A stretch of 64,000 nucleotides of DNA. Source: Syncephalis fuscata S228 (lineage: Eukaryota > Fungi > Zoopagomycota). The DNA lies in NCBI GenBank assembly GCA_025786725.1, contig JAHLTZ010000018.1:124001-188000 (forward strand), read 5' to 3'. A program made the position numbers and the translations under genes. The number at the start of each line of letters is the position of its first letter. The first letter of the stretch is position 1. The notes under the pieces were generated by a model. That model saw only the letters and a program-made list of their open reading frames with translations. It had not been told where the DNA came from and searched no databases. This document shows positions 37,039 through 50,771 of this stretch, one piece after another.

Positions 37039-39177
37039 TAGCTTCCAAGGTATAATAGCAATCTCTATTACAATAATAATAATAATAATGCTATATATTG
37101 TTGTAATTTCTATTGGCCTTTAGCCTTTTTCTTGTCCAATCTAGTTCATGCTTAACGTGGGTATCACAACACTTTCATATGTTGCTCAACTATAGTTTAC
37201 TTCCATTGCTATAGCCGTCGTCGCCTGTGCTGTGCAGGCCACTCGACCGGCGAACGAATCAACTGCACCGTGTAACATGAGAATACAAGGCGTCCTGCTG
37301 CACCTCTATGGCTACCACTGCTTATAGAAGCATACTTTGCCTTCTTATCATCCTAATGCAGCGATGCCGTGCCTTTGAACTATTTTTTTTCTATTTTCTT
37401 TATCTTCCTTTTCTTTGTGCATTTGTGTGTGTGTGTGCACAATTTGATAAGAACAGGCCAGTTACCCATTTGAAAATATCTATTTTTACGTAAATTACAT
37501 TCATATTAATTAAACAAAATTATGATTTTATTTAATATCTCAATTATAATCAAGTAGCTTCATTGCTATGTATGGCCATTTGCAACCTGGTTGCTTATTG
37601 GCAATCACCACGAGCTATGCATGGTCAGATGGATTCTAATGCCTAACATCAAGCTAGCCAGACCATAAAAAAGCATGATTAATAAAATAATTTACATGGC
37701 TGTAAGTACACGTGGGTCGGTTGTTGCGTGACCCATGAACTAATTGCTGGAAAAACCTGTTTGATTCAACCGACAAATACCTCAACATGTCTCAGCTTTA
37801 ACGAACTTAGCAATAAAACAGCCACTCGTGCACACTTGCAATGTATATCCACCATTGCTGATTTGTCTATCGACTCCGTGCACACACCCTCACAAGTAAA
37901 AAACAGGCAAACACGCATAGCATGACTATGAATTGCACAGCCAGCCATGTTTTACTTTGTTAAAACTATTCATCATCGAGGCAAAATGTCTCACAATTTA
38001 TCCATGTGGTGTGCATGCTTGCATGTTCTAATTATATAGAGATGTTACAACATCAAGGCGCTGCTCAGCTGTCGTGCTCGGATAATTACTGGGTCGGCTG
38101 CTTGACCGTTTGTTTATTTGTTCGCTCGTTCGGCAATTTGCTTGCTCGTTCAACCATCAATCTACTTTGCCCTTTGCCTTTGTGATCCTAATAGTTTACC
38201 AATTTTATCGGTACCGTTATATCTTTGTCAAGTTTACAATTTGCATAAGCATCTTGTATTCTTCGTCTTCGCCTCCTTCCCATTATTATCCCCCTCTTCT
38301 CCTTCTCCTCCTTAATATATTTTACTTCTACATTCGTACATGCTTTCTCAATATCGGCAGTGCTAATGCGTATCTCCTTTCACACTGCCCATGAGCCAAT
38401 AATCTTTAATCCCAAACCAATACACTCATTTATCGACAACTCTTGACAGCTTCATCAGCTTCTTCTCCTCCTCTTTCCCCTCTATCGTATCTACGGTGAA
38501 ATTGTGTTTTATTTTACAATTGTTATTACGGTCGATAGCAACTCGTATAGAGTATACAATTTTGTTGTCCATTGGAAACCATTGTACACTTGGACTTGTT
38601 TCGTGTGTGTGTGCACTCAGCTGACCCGACTCGTGGCCGCTCATCCCTCGATCCAGCTAGATCTTTGCCATTGAACTTGCTTTGCTTTTCCTTTTTATCT
38701 CTATAGACCATTGGCTATCGAACGCGTGACTAGTTTTGCGTGCCATTCCGCAGTCCTTGATTTTTCTCCGCTATTGTTGTGACACGTTGCTGTGTAATTT
38801 TTTTTACAAACGGCTACGAGCCATCACTGTGTCCTACACTTGCTCTTTGTGCTAGTGTCTGCAACCTCTGCGACGTTATTTGCACTCAAAAGGTAAGAAG
38901 CAATGCGTGCCTTGAGTCCGATTGGATGTCTGCAATACCAGTGCTGACACTGAGTGCTGCACGCTAAGTTCGTTCTTAAACAGCGTTGTTCATACCATCT
39001 GCCATTGCCCATTATTATATTAACGTGCGTTAACATTTGCTCTCATTGGTTTCCTCCCTAGATTTTATATACAGGCCTTTCAGCCCAATTAGGCAACGGT
39101 GCCAATAGGCTATTCCGAATTTTATATTTCTATTCGTTTCATAGGTTTTGATTAGCGTCGACTGTATTTTTACAACA

Positions 39178-41408
39178 ATGTACAACATAAATGCAGTGCC
39201 GCGTTTAAGACTCCCATCAGGTCTTACTGACTCTACCCCTTCTTCGTCAGCTTCTCCAGCTTTTCGTTCATATCCGCTTGTATCTTCCATTATTCAACAG
39301 CAGCACAGCAGCAACAGCAACGCTTATCTCGACACTATTTGTTGCATTTTTCAAGTAATACGGATCAATTGCATTAAAAGAAAATAACCAAATCAATAGT
39401 GATAATCAGTCAACTAGCAATTCTTCAGATACTTTATTATCATTACCAACATCATACGAATCGTTTGACATTGCAACAGCATCGCCAATATCCTCTTCTC
39501 AGGACCTTTCAACCAGGACTATATCTTCTGATAGTACCATAGCTACAAACACTGCCAGTTCTGTCTTTGATTACACAGCTATTCCATCTACGACCACAAC
39601 TAATATCCATCTCAATTCAATTGAAGATAATTCTACAATGACTACCCTCCCTATTGTACCAGTTGAATTAAATGACCACCATTCATCCTCTGATATGATG
39701 GACTATGGTAAAACCTCGCCATTTCTACTGACCAGTACATTGCACGTCGAGACATCAACAGCCAGTTCACTTGAAACGACCGTTGCCAATTCTACCACGT
39801 CTCGCCCCTTGCCGTTGCCCATTGTACTTGTGTCCCGTCAACGTGATGTCGTCAATAATTGCTATCCCGAGGAATTCGACACAGATGAAACCGACACGGA
39901 TAATGATAGCTGCGGCTATCATACAACGTCGACAAATAGTTCAATGACAAGTATCAAGCAGTTTGCTATGCCGTGCCAGCAATTCTCATTGATGCCAAGA
40001 GAAATTAGACTGCACATTTTTCGTCATTTGCCTAAGGCAGACCTGCTAAACGTTTACAAAGTCTGCCATGATTGGCGAGCACTAGCCCTCGACGGTTGCC
40101 ATTGGGTATCGCTCGATATTCGTGGCTGGCGCGACTCCATAACTGATATACAGTTACAGGTTATTGCGAATACGGCAGGCAGCTTTATGCGTCATGTCAA
40201 CCTACGGTAGGTTCCTTTTCTCATGCAAATGCATAGTACAGCAAAGCTAATATGTTCTACGGTTCTTCCTTTGCTCTGTTGATTGACCTATCCAATTTGT
40301 TTTATTATTATATGCATTGTTTACTGCATAACAGTGGTTGTATGCAGCTACAGTCTTCGACATTAAAGACCATCACATTGCAAGCAACGAATTTAGAGTC
40401 ATTGACGCTGACAGGCTGCCGGGGCCTGACTCCGTCGGCCATCAGTCTCGCCTTGACGCTATTGCCGAATCTACGACAGCTGGATCTATCCGGCCTTACC
40501 GCAGTCACAGAAGGCTCTTTGTCCCATTTCAATGCTCCTTTACTTGAAAGTCTCAATTGACTCGGTGCAAAAGCCTTTCGGCCGTCGGTATGTGGCGACT
40601 TCTTACCGAAGGTGTTGGCAATCAGCTACACACACTTCATATGGCCGGATGTGAGCGTGCAGTCAACGACAACCTATTGGCCAAACTAGGCCAGCGCCAT
40701 TTACAACTTGATCATCTAGATATTGCCGACTGCAATACTGTCACTAATACGGGTATTGAAGCGCTTGCTCTTGGCTGTCGCCAATTGACGAAATTGAGTA
40801 TGAGCAAATGCATTCGTATTGGTGATGCTGGAGTTAGCGCTATTGGTACGAGCTGCCCGCTACTTACCCATCTTGATCTATCGAACTGTGGTGAAATTAC
40901 GAGCCAGGCTCTTGTAGTGCTAAGCCGCGGCTGTCCAGAACTGACGCAACTCGATCTTGAAGAATGTACACAAATATCGGATGAAGGTTTACACGCCATT
41001 GCCGTTGGTTGTTCAAATCTACAAAGTGTAGCACTTGGCCATTGCAATAGCATTTCAGACGATGGCGTTTTCGCGCTTATTGCTAAATGTTCACAGCTTA
41101 AATGCCTTGCCATCGATAATTGCGAATCGGTTAGCAGTGAAGTATTAACACGATTAAACGCGTCGACCGAGCAGATCGACGTCTTTGACTGCCGGCTTAT
41201 TACCGAGACCGCGTGTACCCAGGCTACTCTACGTGCACCGCACCTCCAAGTACGATCGTCTTATCCCTGGCTTGCCGGCGTTGAACGAAGACGGGGCGCG
41301 TTCGGGCCAATGAACTTTCACAATCGGTTTATGGATGTTATTGACGGCATCGGCATAGGTGGGCCGGCACACAACAGTACACTGGTCGGCAATTGCACTA
41401 TATTGTAA
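39178..41408 (+). CDS. F-box/leucine-rich repeat protein (FBXL2/20-like); 5' end uncertain, -1 shift at ~40557
   Basis: F-box MPREIRLHIFRHLPKADLLNVYKVCHDW, many Cys-containing LRRs (LDLSNCGEIT) and a C-terminal CaaX (CTIL). Confidence 0.85.
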
Positions 41409-41839
41409 TACCATGGCATGGCCTATGCCATTTATTACATCATAGCCGACAGTCACCATCACGGTTAACGCAACAATTATACTATTTAGACTTTTCTATA
41501 GTATGTTGTAAATAGGCCTTAAAGCGTTCATACCATCCATTACCATCAGATTTAGATTTTATAATCTATATCATTGTAACAAAACTACACTTTTTTATTT
41601 TTGCTTCCTTTATTTTTGCGCAAGTTGGCATTTCCTTTGCATAGATGCCGACCTACATTTCTTGATTATTATGATCAACATCTTCATCGTCGGTCATAAA
41701 CAGCTTATTAATAAAATAATATTCACCTATGATAGATCGTCTATGCTTGTGACCAAGTGATGCTATGTGAATTGTTACGATTACTTAGACCATAATACAA
41801 TAAGACTTAATAGAAATATGGCTGTTAAAGGTAAACTGC

Positions 41840-42550
41840 AATTACTACTGATTTAATGTAATTTGGTGTTAAATGACAGCACTTGGTAATATGCGCGTAA
41901 TTAAATTAGACATTCGTTCTAGTAAACATCATGGTGGGTGGTGAGTGACATTATCCATCAAATAGTCATTATTGTAGATTCATTAGTCTGTACACATATA
42001 TCTTCCATCCACTTATATCATTCCCATTCTATTTCGTATCATTATATATCATCCTATGACATGCAGACACATTCTATTGTTTATATATTCCCATATACTT
42101 CCTTCATTCCGTTTATTAGGCCATATACACTGTTACTTTAATACTGCTAGTCGTCACTCTATATTGCATATTTAGCACGCTATTTGTTGCTTTATTATAT
42201 TGCAATAGCGCGCTATCTATAACCGTTGTCTATTTGATTCTAAATTTATTACTACTAAATTTCGACGTAGTTTACTTATTTTATTCACTAAACTATATGT
42301 GCTTGAAACCATAGTAAATAAAGTGTAATTAGTACATGATAGAATAATAATATATATATATTAGCATGGGTATATATATATAGTAATAACATTTATTGTG
42401 ATGATGATATACGCATACTGGATAATAAATCTATGATGATGAGTATTTTAATAATTGATGTCATCTACCACCAGTCCAACATTCAATTACGTGACTATAA
42501 TTAATATAGCCCTTTAACGCCAAATCATAATAAATGATTAATAAATTACT
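41840..42550. mobile_element. MITE-like element with ~150-bp imperfect TIRs
   Basis: 41840-42005 is inversely similar to 42403-42550. Internal 42010-42110 is similar to 60225-60330. Confidence 0.6.
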
Positions 42551-43633
42551 CTTTTTATTTTAACTGATATTTAATAAAATTATTAAAAGCAAGAAATAAC
42601 ACACAATTAGTTACTACAAAATACACCAGGTTACAGACCAGGATCCCTGTGAGTATGAATTAGCATGATGTGTGTGATTTGTTGCTCATTGATAGCAATA
42701 GGTACATGTCATCTGAAACAACCTCTTTCTATAGCCAAAATAACACAACTCCTACATGTGTACACCCATCCATCCATCCGTTTACGCTCACACACACGCC
42801 TACACAACACATGAACACCGAACGGTCAGAGAACATCTCTGTAGCGTCAGTTGTCGCCTTTTCTGTCAAAATGCGACAATATTATAGGTGCCATGCAGCA
42901 AGCAAGTATTTTTTTCTTCTATCTTTATTACTACCTCGTTTTTACAGGCCTTTCTTTTATCTGTTAGTATTGTTGTTTTTACGTGCACTTGTCGTTGTCA
43001 TTCTACTTTCTTTATCTGCGGTCTATCTGACAGCTACGTTGCAACAGCTGCTGCCAAGCTGAAGTTATTGAGGGCCGGCTAACACTTGTGTAAGCACGTG
43101 GCTGGTAGTGTGCATAATAACCATACAACCATACACACTTTTGAATTCCACTACTATCCTCATCTTAATTGCTTAACTAGCCTATTAATCTTTATAATTT
43201 TATTTTATTATTGTTATTGTGCGACATATTTTTTCGCTATTCGTAAATACCAAGCGACGGAGTTTCTTTCATTTTTCTTGTTGGAACTCAGCGTCCCTCC
43301 GCAATACAGCATCGCTTGCTGTCAACGCACTCACCTTTGGAGTGGACACACTCGTGTTTCCTTTGCACTATATTAGCGCTTATTTCAACGACGTTCAAAG
43401 GTAGTTTTTAGGCTATATAGGCAATAGTTGGCGTTTTCTTTTTTCTTTGTCTCGCCTCGTCTTCTTTGGCCTTTCCGTGCTATTTTTGTTGAGCTATAAC
43501 AATAGTCTGTACTATAGAGCACAAACAACACAAGCACAATATATATATTCAAGTAGTTGATTATATATAGCTATTTACGTTCATGCAAGCTAGTCTAAAT
43601 ATTGTTGTTTAGCTTAAACTTTTATGATTTAAA

Positions 43634-45875
43634 ATGTACGTACTCTCTTTGAACACTTCCTCGGGCTATTGTAGTCAAATATTTGGTTTGTTGCGCGTGA
43701 TTAGCAGCCTACTTGTTGTCCAGACACTATGGAGTAGTAGCAATAATGCAGACTTATTTGTGCATGCACAAAAGCTATCTCCTGTAGGACGTTGGGGACA
43801 TACGGCTACTTTAGCAGGTTCTAGTGTATATTTTATTTGCGGTCAAAACAGCAATAAGGAATATATCACAGGCGATGACATGGTATTAGCCTTGGATCTT
43901 GATTCATTCAGTGACACAAAAAATCCCACTTGGAAGCAAATAAAGAGCTTGGGCAATGGTAATCCAAATGGACTATCTGATCATAATGCTGGTTACGATA
44001 AATCCAACAACCGTATCGTTGTATATGGCGGTACAAGCTCTGATACATCGAACAAGAAAGCGCTTTGGGACTTGGATATCAGTAAAAGTATTTGGACGGC
44101 CGACAATTCAAATAATGGGCCATCGACACGTCGTTTCAATGCAGGCGGCGTAGTGGCAGATAACAGTCTGTATATTATGGGCGGCGCAGCCAGTTCAACA
44201 TCTATGGGAAGTGGATTTGCCAATAAATACTATGATGAAATGTTCAGCGTTACTTTCAATCGACTTACATGGCAAAAACAACCACGGCTTCTGGAGTATT
44301 GAATGCAACTGTTTATCAACATACGCTAAGTTATATTAGCGGAAAAGACGTGATTGTGTCCATTGGTGGTAATGATGGTTCAAATATGATTTCTATGGAC
44401 AAAGTAAATGTCTACAGTAAAGAAAAGGCCATCTGGACCAGCGTAACAACACACGGCAATACACCTCCAGCACGAAGAGAACACACAGCCGTTGTTTCAG
44501 GCAATAATATCATTATCTACGGTGGATGTGACCAATCTTATTCTTCATTCTACGATGATGTATGGGTGCTTGATACTAATAGCTGGACATGGACTCAAAA
44601 GAATATACCCAATAGTCCTCCGGGCCGTTATGAACATACGGCAACAATGCTTGGCAAATATATGCTTATTGGATTTGGTTAGCGATTAAATAAGCGCATC
44701 TGGAATGACATGGCTAACATTATATAATGATAATAGGCTTTTTGAGTGACAGTAGTGCTGATTCTAATATTTATTTGCTGGATACGCAAGATTGGCAGTA
44801 CACAACGCAATACTCTAGTGATGCAGGTGCAGGTAGTATCGTTGATCCAGGATCGAGTGGATTGTCGTCTGGTGCTATTGCAGCCATTGTTGGTGGTAGT
44901 GTAGTTATACTTGCACTGTCAGTGTTAGCAGCAGTCATTGTTCTTCGCCGTCGTCGACAAATGCGAGAGAAAAATCAGCGTGCACCTTATAGCGATCCTT
45001 CTGGCGCAAAGTCCAATGCGCCGGCACCATCATGGCAGTCTCGACCAAACAGTGGGCCAGGAAATGCCACTAATACAGCAGCAGAAGCCATGACTGATGC
45101 CGGTAGACCAACATCTGGACCAAGTGTGTCATTTGCGACAACAGCAGGGGCAATTGCTGGTACTAGTGCCGGTGCCGGTCTAGCCTATGCAGCACAGAAT
45201 AATAGTGCCCCAAAGGCTGCATCACCGAATAGTATGCGCTACTCTACTGACTATCCCAATTCAATGGCCAGCCAGGATAATGCTACATCTGCACCAATTC
45301 CGAGTAATGCACCGTTGCCATCTGGATTAACTAGTACCAACAGTAGTGATTGGACATTGGCACCACAACGTCCTGTATCGCCACCGGTTGCTCCAAAAAC
45401 TACTGGCGGTAATCGTTACTCTAATGTGTCGAGTATTGATGGTGGCCTATCACCTGTGCCCGTCAGTAAAGGCAAATCGCCGTTTGATTCATACGGCAGT
45501 GCACGACCTGATTCTGACATCATGGCCGGTACTCAGTTTAAACGAGATCATGGTTCATCATTACTTGGTCCTAACTCATCCAATGGTCAGCTTAATCGTG
45601 AGTCCTGGCTTACTAACGATAGCTACACGGCCAATGAAAGCAGTGGACAAGCCAGTGGCCGTCTTCAAGCCATTGCTCACTCGCCTACGTTTCGTGCCTC
45701 TTACTCGATCCAAGAAGAGGCAAATACCATGGCAAATGCCACGGCAAATACCACCCTAAGCGACGAACAACGAGAAGCCGAATTAGAAGCACTGGCCAAC
45801 GAACGTAGCGTCTACATCACGACTGGACCCAAACAAGCACTACGTGTTGCCAATCCAGACTCGGATTCTGAGTAG
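43634..45875 (+). CDS. Type I membrane protein with extracellular Kelch repeats; -1 shift at ~44275
   Basis: RWGHTA, VYGG, RREHTA, IYGG, RYEHTA repeats. TM helix AIAAIVGGSVVILALSVLAAVIVL-RRRR, then a Ser/Pro-rich tail. Confidence 0.85.
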
Positions 45876-46662
45876 ATATATTTATCTATATATGCAATTA
45901 TTATTGTCAATATCATTATCCATAACAGCAAAAGTCTTTAAGATATATAAATTTATTCATATTTATATATATATTCAGCTATCTATCCGTTATTTACTGT
46001 CGTTTTTCTTTTGCGACACAACCAATATATTTAGTCCTATTCGTTGGATGAAGGTTGTTTTCTTTTATTATAATTAATAATGTCTAAATAAATATGCCAT
46101 ATCAATATTTAATAACGCTACAATTAAATATTTAACTTTTAAGCTATATTTATTATAAACATATAGTGTTATTAAAACGAATTTATTATTTATTATGATA
46201 TAGCTGTGGTGTATAAAGGTCGCGCTACGATATCTAGTTGCAATCGGGTACATGCATTTCGTCGTCTTTACAAAGCGCGGCGAGTAAACGCCACTACTCG
46301 ATGCAGTGAACGATAGAGTGAAATGCAACGACGGCTCCCGTATCGGGCAACATTCTCGTCACGGCACGAAGATATAAAAAAAGTTAATTAATTATAGATA
46401 GGCCAGATTAGATTATTGCATAGTGTTTATTTGCTCTAAACCAAAATATATGGGATTTCCTTATAAAAACTGCCAGTTTAAAACTATGCATTCTCACGCC
46501 GTATTAATCAGATTAAAAAAAGAAAGAAAGCCTCATTATAGCTGCTTGTTTCTTTGCACGCCACCACTCGTCGACTATTGAATTCTGTCGTCTCAGCTTT
46601 CTATCAACGCCCACCCGCCCACACACACACACATATATATATACTAGCATTTATTAGGAAGC

Positions 46663-46984
46663 ATGACGTCGTTTTACGATGAAATAGAAATCGAAGATAT
46701 GGAGTTTGATGAGGAAAATGAACTTTATCACTATCCATGTCCTTGCGGCGATCGTTTTGAAATTACAAAGGAGGAACTGATGGATGGCGAGGAAATTGCT
46801 CGCTGTCCAAGTTGCTCGCTTATCATTCGTGTAGTATACGACCCGGTAAGTGCTACAGTAACATATAAACATGCCAATCTACTAACCAACTTGAACTATA
46901 TTACGGCTACTGTCCATCATTTAGGACGACTTTGATGGCGACGACGGCGAAACTGTGTCACTTGCTGAAGCAATTGCCGTCTAA
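46663..46984 (+). CDS. DPH3: Diphthamide biosynthesis protein Dph3/Kti11 (CSL zinc finger)
   Basis: [28 protein letters not shown]; one intron. Confidence 0.95.
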
Positions 46985-47362
46985 ATAGCACCGGCACACA
47001 ACACAACTCATTGCCTGTATCAACGCCACTCTACGCGCTACTTCTATAGTGTTGCATAGTTTTATCTGTTATTCGTTTAATAAAACTAAAAGACTTTACT
47101 AAAACAACACTACACCAGTAACTACTATTAATCACGTGATGGTGTCTGGTCAGTGCTACTTGTTTGTGTCCTTGCGTGTTGTTGTAGCCACCGCTGCTAT
47201 TACCGCCGCTTAAGACGTAATCGGCCCACGCTGCTACCTTTTCCTTTCTATTTTCTTACGCTGTCGTCGTTGCTGCGGTGATTGCAGCCTCACTAGCTGA
47301 CCAAACTGCCTTGTCGCTCTCCAAATTCCCAGTAACTTATCTATCCTCTTTCCTATTACGCC

Positions 47363-48882
47363 ATGTCGGACGACGAACGACAAGATGAATTTTTAAGCGA
47401 TCTTGAAGATGATGGTGATTTCCAGCCGCTAGAGCCTAGTCTGCGCAACGTACTTGACCAGGAATCGCTTCAGTGGATTTTCGTCGGTGGTAAGGGCGGT
47501 GTTGGTAAGACGACAAGTAGGCAAGTATTCAATGATCCGTGACTATTTATCGACTGGATAAACTGACGAGCGAGTGTTGTATGTGTACATACAGTTGTAG
47601 TCTGGCCGTACAGCTAGCCAAAGTACGCCCAAGTGTACTGCTTATTTCCACGGATCCAGCCCATAATTTATCCGATGCATTTGGACAAAAATTTGGTAAA
47701 GATCCCTTGTTGGTTAATGGTTTTGAGAACTTGTATGCTATGGTAGGCTATATAATAATGCTAAAACTCGCTGTAGTAATATCAATTGCGTTGCAATTTA
47801 ATAGGAAATTGACCCAACTGGCACAATTCAGGAAATGCTTGATTCGTGTAAGTAGCGGCTAAACAGCAAATAGTGTCAAGTGTGGCACCATTTGACATCT
47901 GTCACATTAATAGCTAATATACATATATGACTAGCGGAAGGCGGTGCCATGAGTGCTATGATGCAGGATCTAGCCTTTGCCATCCCAGGTGTAGATGAGG
48001 CTATGGGTTTTGCCGAAGTGATGAAGTAAGTTATAGGTGTAATTCAAATAAAACCAGCTATATTGATGAAATGGTCTTTTAATCCTGCTTGTAACTTGAT
48101 AGATTAGTAAAATCGATGGAATACTCGGTTATTGTATTTGATACTGCTCCCACTGGCCACACACTTCGTTTTCTTTCTTTTCCCGCTGTATTGGAAAAGG
48201 CATTGGCCAAAGTATCCCAGCTGAGTGGACGTTTTGGACCAATGCTCCAGCAGGTAAATAAACCTGGAATTTAAACAACCTATATGACTAATTAGCCAAT
48301 TAATAATGAACAATTTAGATGAGTGGCATGATGGGCTTAAATCCACAGGAGGATATGTTTGGCAAACTTGAAGGCATGCGTGCAGTAATTACAGAAGTCA
48401 ACAATCAATTCAAAGATCCAGTAAGTTGAATAAAATTAATCTAATAATTATACATAAATATTGATATATTAATTTGCAATTTTAGGATAAAACAACGTTT
48501 ATTTGTGTTTGTATCTCAGAATTCTTGTCACTTTACGAAACAGAACGTATGATTCAAGAGCTGACCACTTACGGTATCGATACACACAATATTATTGTGA
48601 ATCAGCTGTTATTCCCTCGAAAAGGTATAAATCAACACAGCTTTATTAGCAATAGTAGCACATTAATACATTTACTAATGATAATAATGATAAATAGATA
48701 CCAACTGTGAACAATGTACGGTGCGACATAAAATGCAAGCTAAATATCTAGAACAGATTTATGACTTGTATGAAGATTTCCATATAATCCGACTACCGCT
48801 TTTAACCAAAGAAGTGCGTGGTGTGGAGGATATTTCTGAATTTTCTGAAATGCTCATGGTGCCATTTGAACCAAAAGATTAA
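47363..48882 (+). CDS. GET3: ATPase Get3/ASNA1, multi-exon (first intron GC-AG)
   Basis: [45 protein letters not shown]. Confidence 0.96.
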
Positions 48883-49370
48883 CCATAGCCAGTTGTTGCG
48901 TAATATGAATAAATGAAGGATATTGAAAGATGTACAAAATCATTGCATTACTAAATCAAAATTACTATTTAAAATGAGAATAGTTGAAAAGTATACCATT
49001 AAAAATACATTCTGTATTTACCACATGGCTACATCTATTTACCGTTTTATAGACATCTTTATATAGAGATGATAGCGTGTTCAAATGGATTTTTTTATTA
49101 AAACTGGTATTCAAATAGATTACCACGCGATGGAGTGAAATAAAAATGCTATAATTAGCACAATTCCCATCGTCATCTATTTTTTAATAGTCCGACTAGC
49201 AAATATCTCCGCTAATATTCCGTTTTAGTTTTGTATTTTCTTGTTAAATAGACGCCACTGATAGTCATTTTCTATTCTAAAATTTCAATTTTGCAATTCA
49301 ATTTAGATACCATCTATCATCATCTTTTTATCAGTTAAAACTACACATTAATTATAAGATAGATCAGGCT

Positions 49371-50456
49371 ATGATTAAGTTCGTACTATGTGCCATCAGC
49401 ATTATTGCTGGTATAACGAATGTTTATGCAAATCCCGCAGGATTTAGAGCTGGAAGTAAGTGATACTATGCTATTTATTATTATTATTATTTCTTATTAA
49501 CGCTATTTAATCTAGATCACGTTGAAGTTCAGCTGTTTATGGATACGCCTATTGGTGATAAAGATACTTATGGACAGACAGGTCTTACTCTTATTGAGGT
49601 ACTTGGTCAAAAAGATAGTCTGATGGTGGCAAAAGCAAGCTACATTCAAGAATCAGTGACTAAGCTGGCTATTCTTAAGTGTACCAATGTGCCTATAGCC
49701 ATTTATAACGAGCTTTTAGCCTATAACATGCTTAGAGATGCGCCATCTAGACCAAATACAGGTAGCACAGATGGAAGCCAATACATTGCCCAACTTTATC
49801 ACGACTTTCCACATAATGGTGGCCACTGTATGGTTCTTTCATATGGAGGATCGGAAACCATTGATGCCTACGTCAGCTCATTAGATCCATTTGTTAAAGG
49901 AAGAAAGATTAAGAAGCTGTTTGACAAGATTGTGCGTGCTGTTGCCTATTTGCACCATATTGGTATATCCCATGGTGATCTTAGTAGTAGAAATATTCTT
50001 GTGCCCATTGCAACTACCGCTAAAGAGGATCGTGATATTATGATTATTGATTTTGATATTTCACAGCCTCTTTTATTTGATAGTAATCATAATGAAATTC
50101 CCTCAAAATCTCGCCCAGGTGCCTTGCAGTTCCTGGCTCCAGAGTGGTATTTATATCCTACGATTAAACAACAAAAACGTGATACATTTGCCATTGGTGC
50201 TGTATTGCATCATCTGCTTGCGGGCCAATACTTTTACACGCACATGATGACACAGAATGTTCATTTTCGTCAGCAAATAGCGGAAATCCAACATGGTTTA
50301 AAAAATGGAGTAAATCCCATGCTGCCATTTATGCTTGAAATCCCCAATAATCCTGAACTACAAAGATTAAAAGAGATCATGTTTGCACTAACAACCTATG
50401 TAGTATCAAAGAGAAAAATACCAGAGGACCTGTTATTTGATGCTAATTGGGAATAA
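49371..50456 (+). CDS. Signal-peptide-bearing divergent protein kinase, 2 exons
   Basis: Exon 1 MIKFVLCAISIIAGITNVYA.., intron ~49457-49515. Kinase motifs AILK, HGDLSSRN, IIDFD, FLAPE, DTFAIG. Confidence 0.8.
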
Positions 50457-50771
50457 CACGCCAATACTACAAATAAAAAAGCTTTATTTGTTACAAATTT
50501 AAGATAAATAGCCGATTAAATAGACTATAGTTTATTAATATTAGTAATATTGATGGGAATTAATAGAAAACACTTTGATGCAAGCATAGTGGTAAAAAGA
50601 TCGATAATCTTGATAATGATGATGATGATGGTGCAACAAATGAGTTAGCAAAGGTAATGTAATTATAATTCACTATTTTATTTTACTACTTAGCGCTATT
50701 CTATTTTTCTTCTTGTTGCGGTGATAACATATCAAATCTTTTTATTCATTAAGTTTATATAACGGTCACTA

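Noticed and set aside
37300-39100. Multiple short ORFs upstream of the F-box gene
   Set aside because: No coherent protein features; probably promoter or long 5' UTR.
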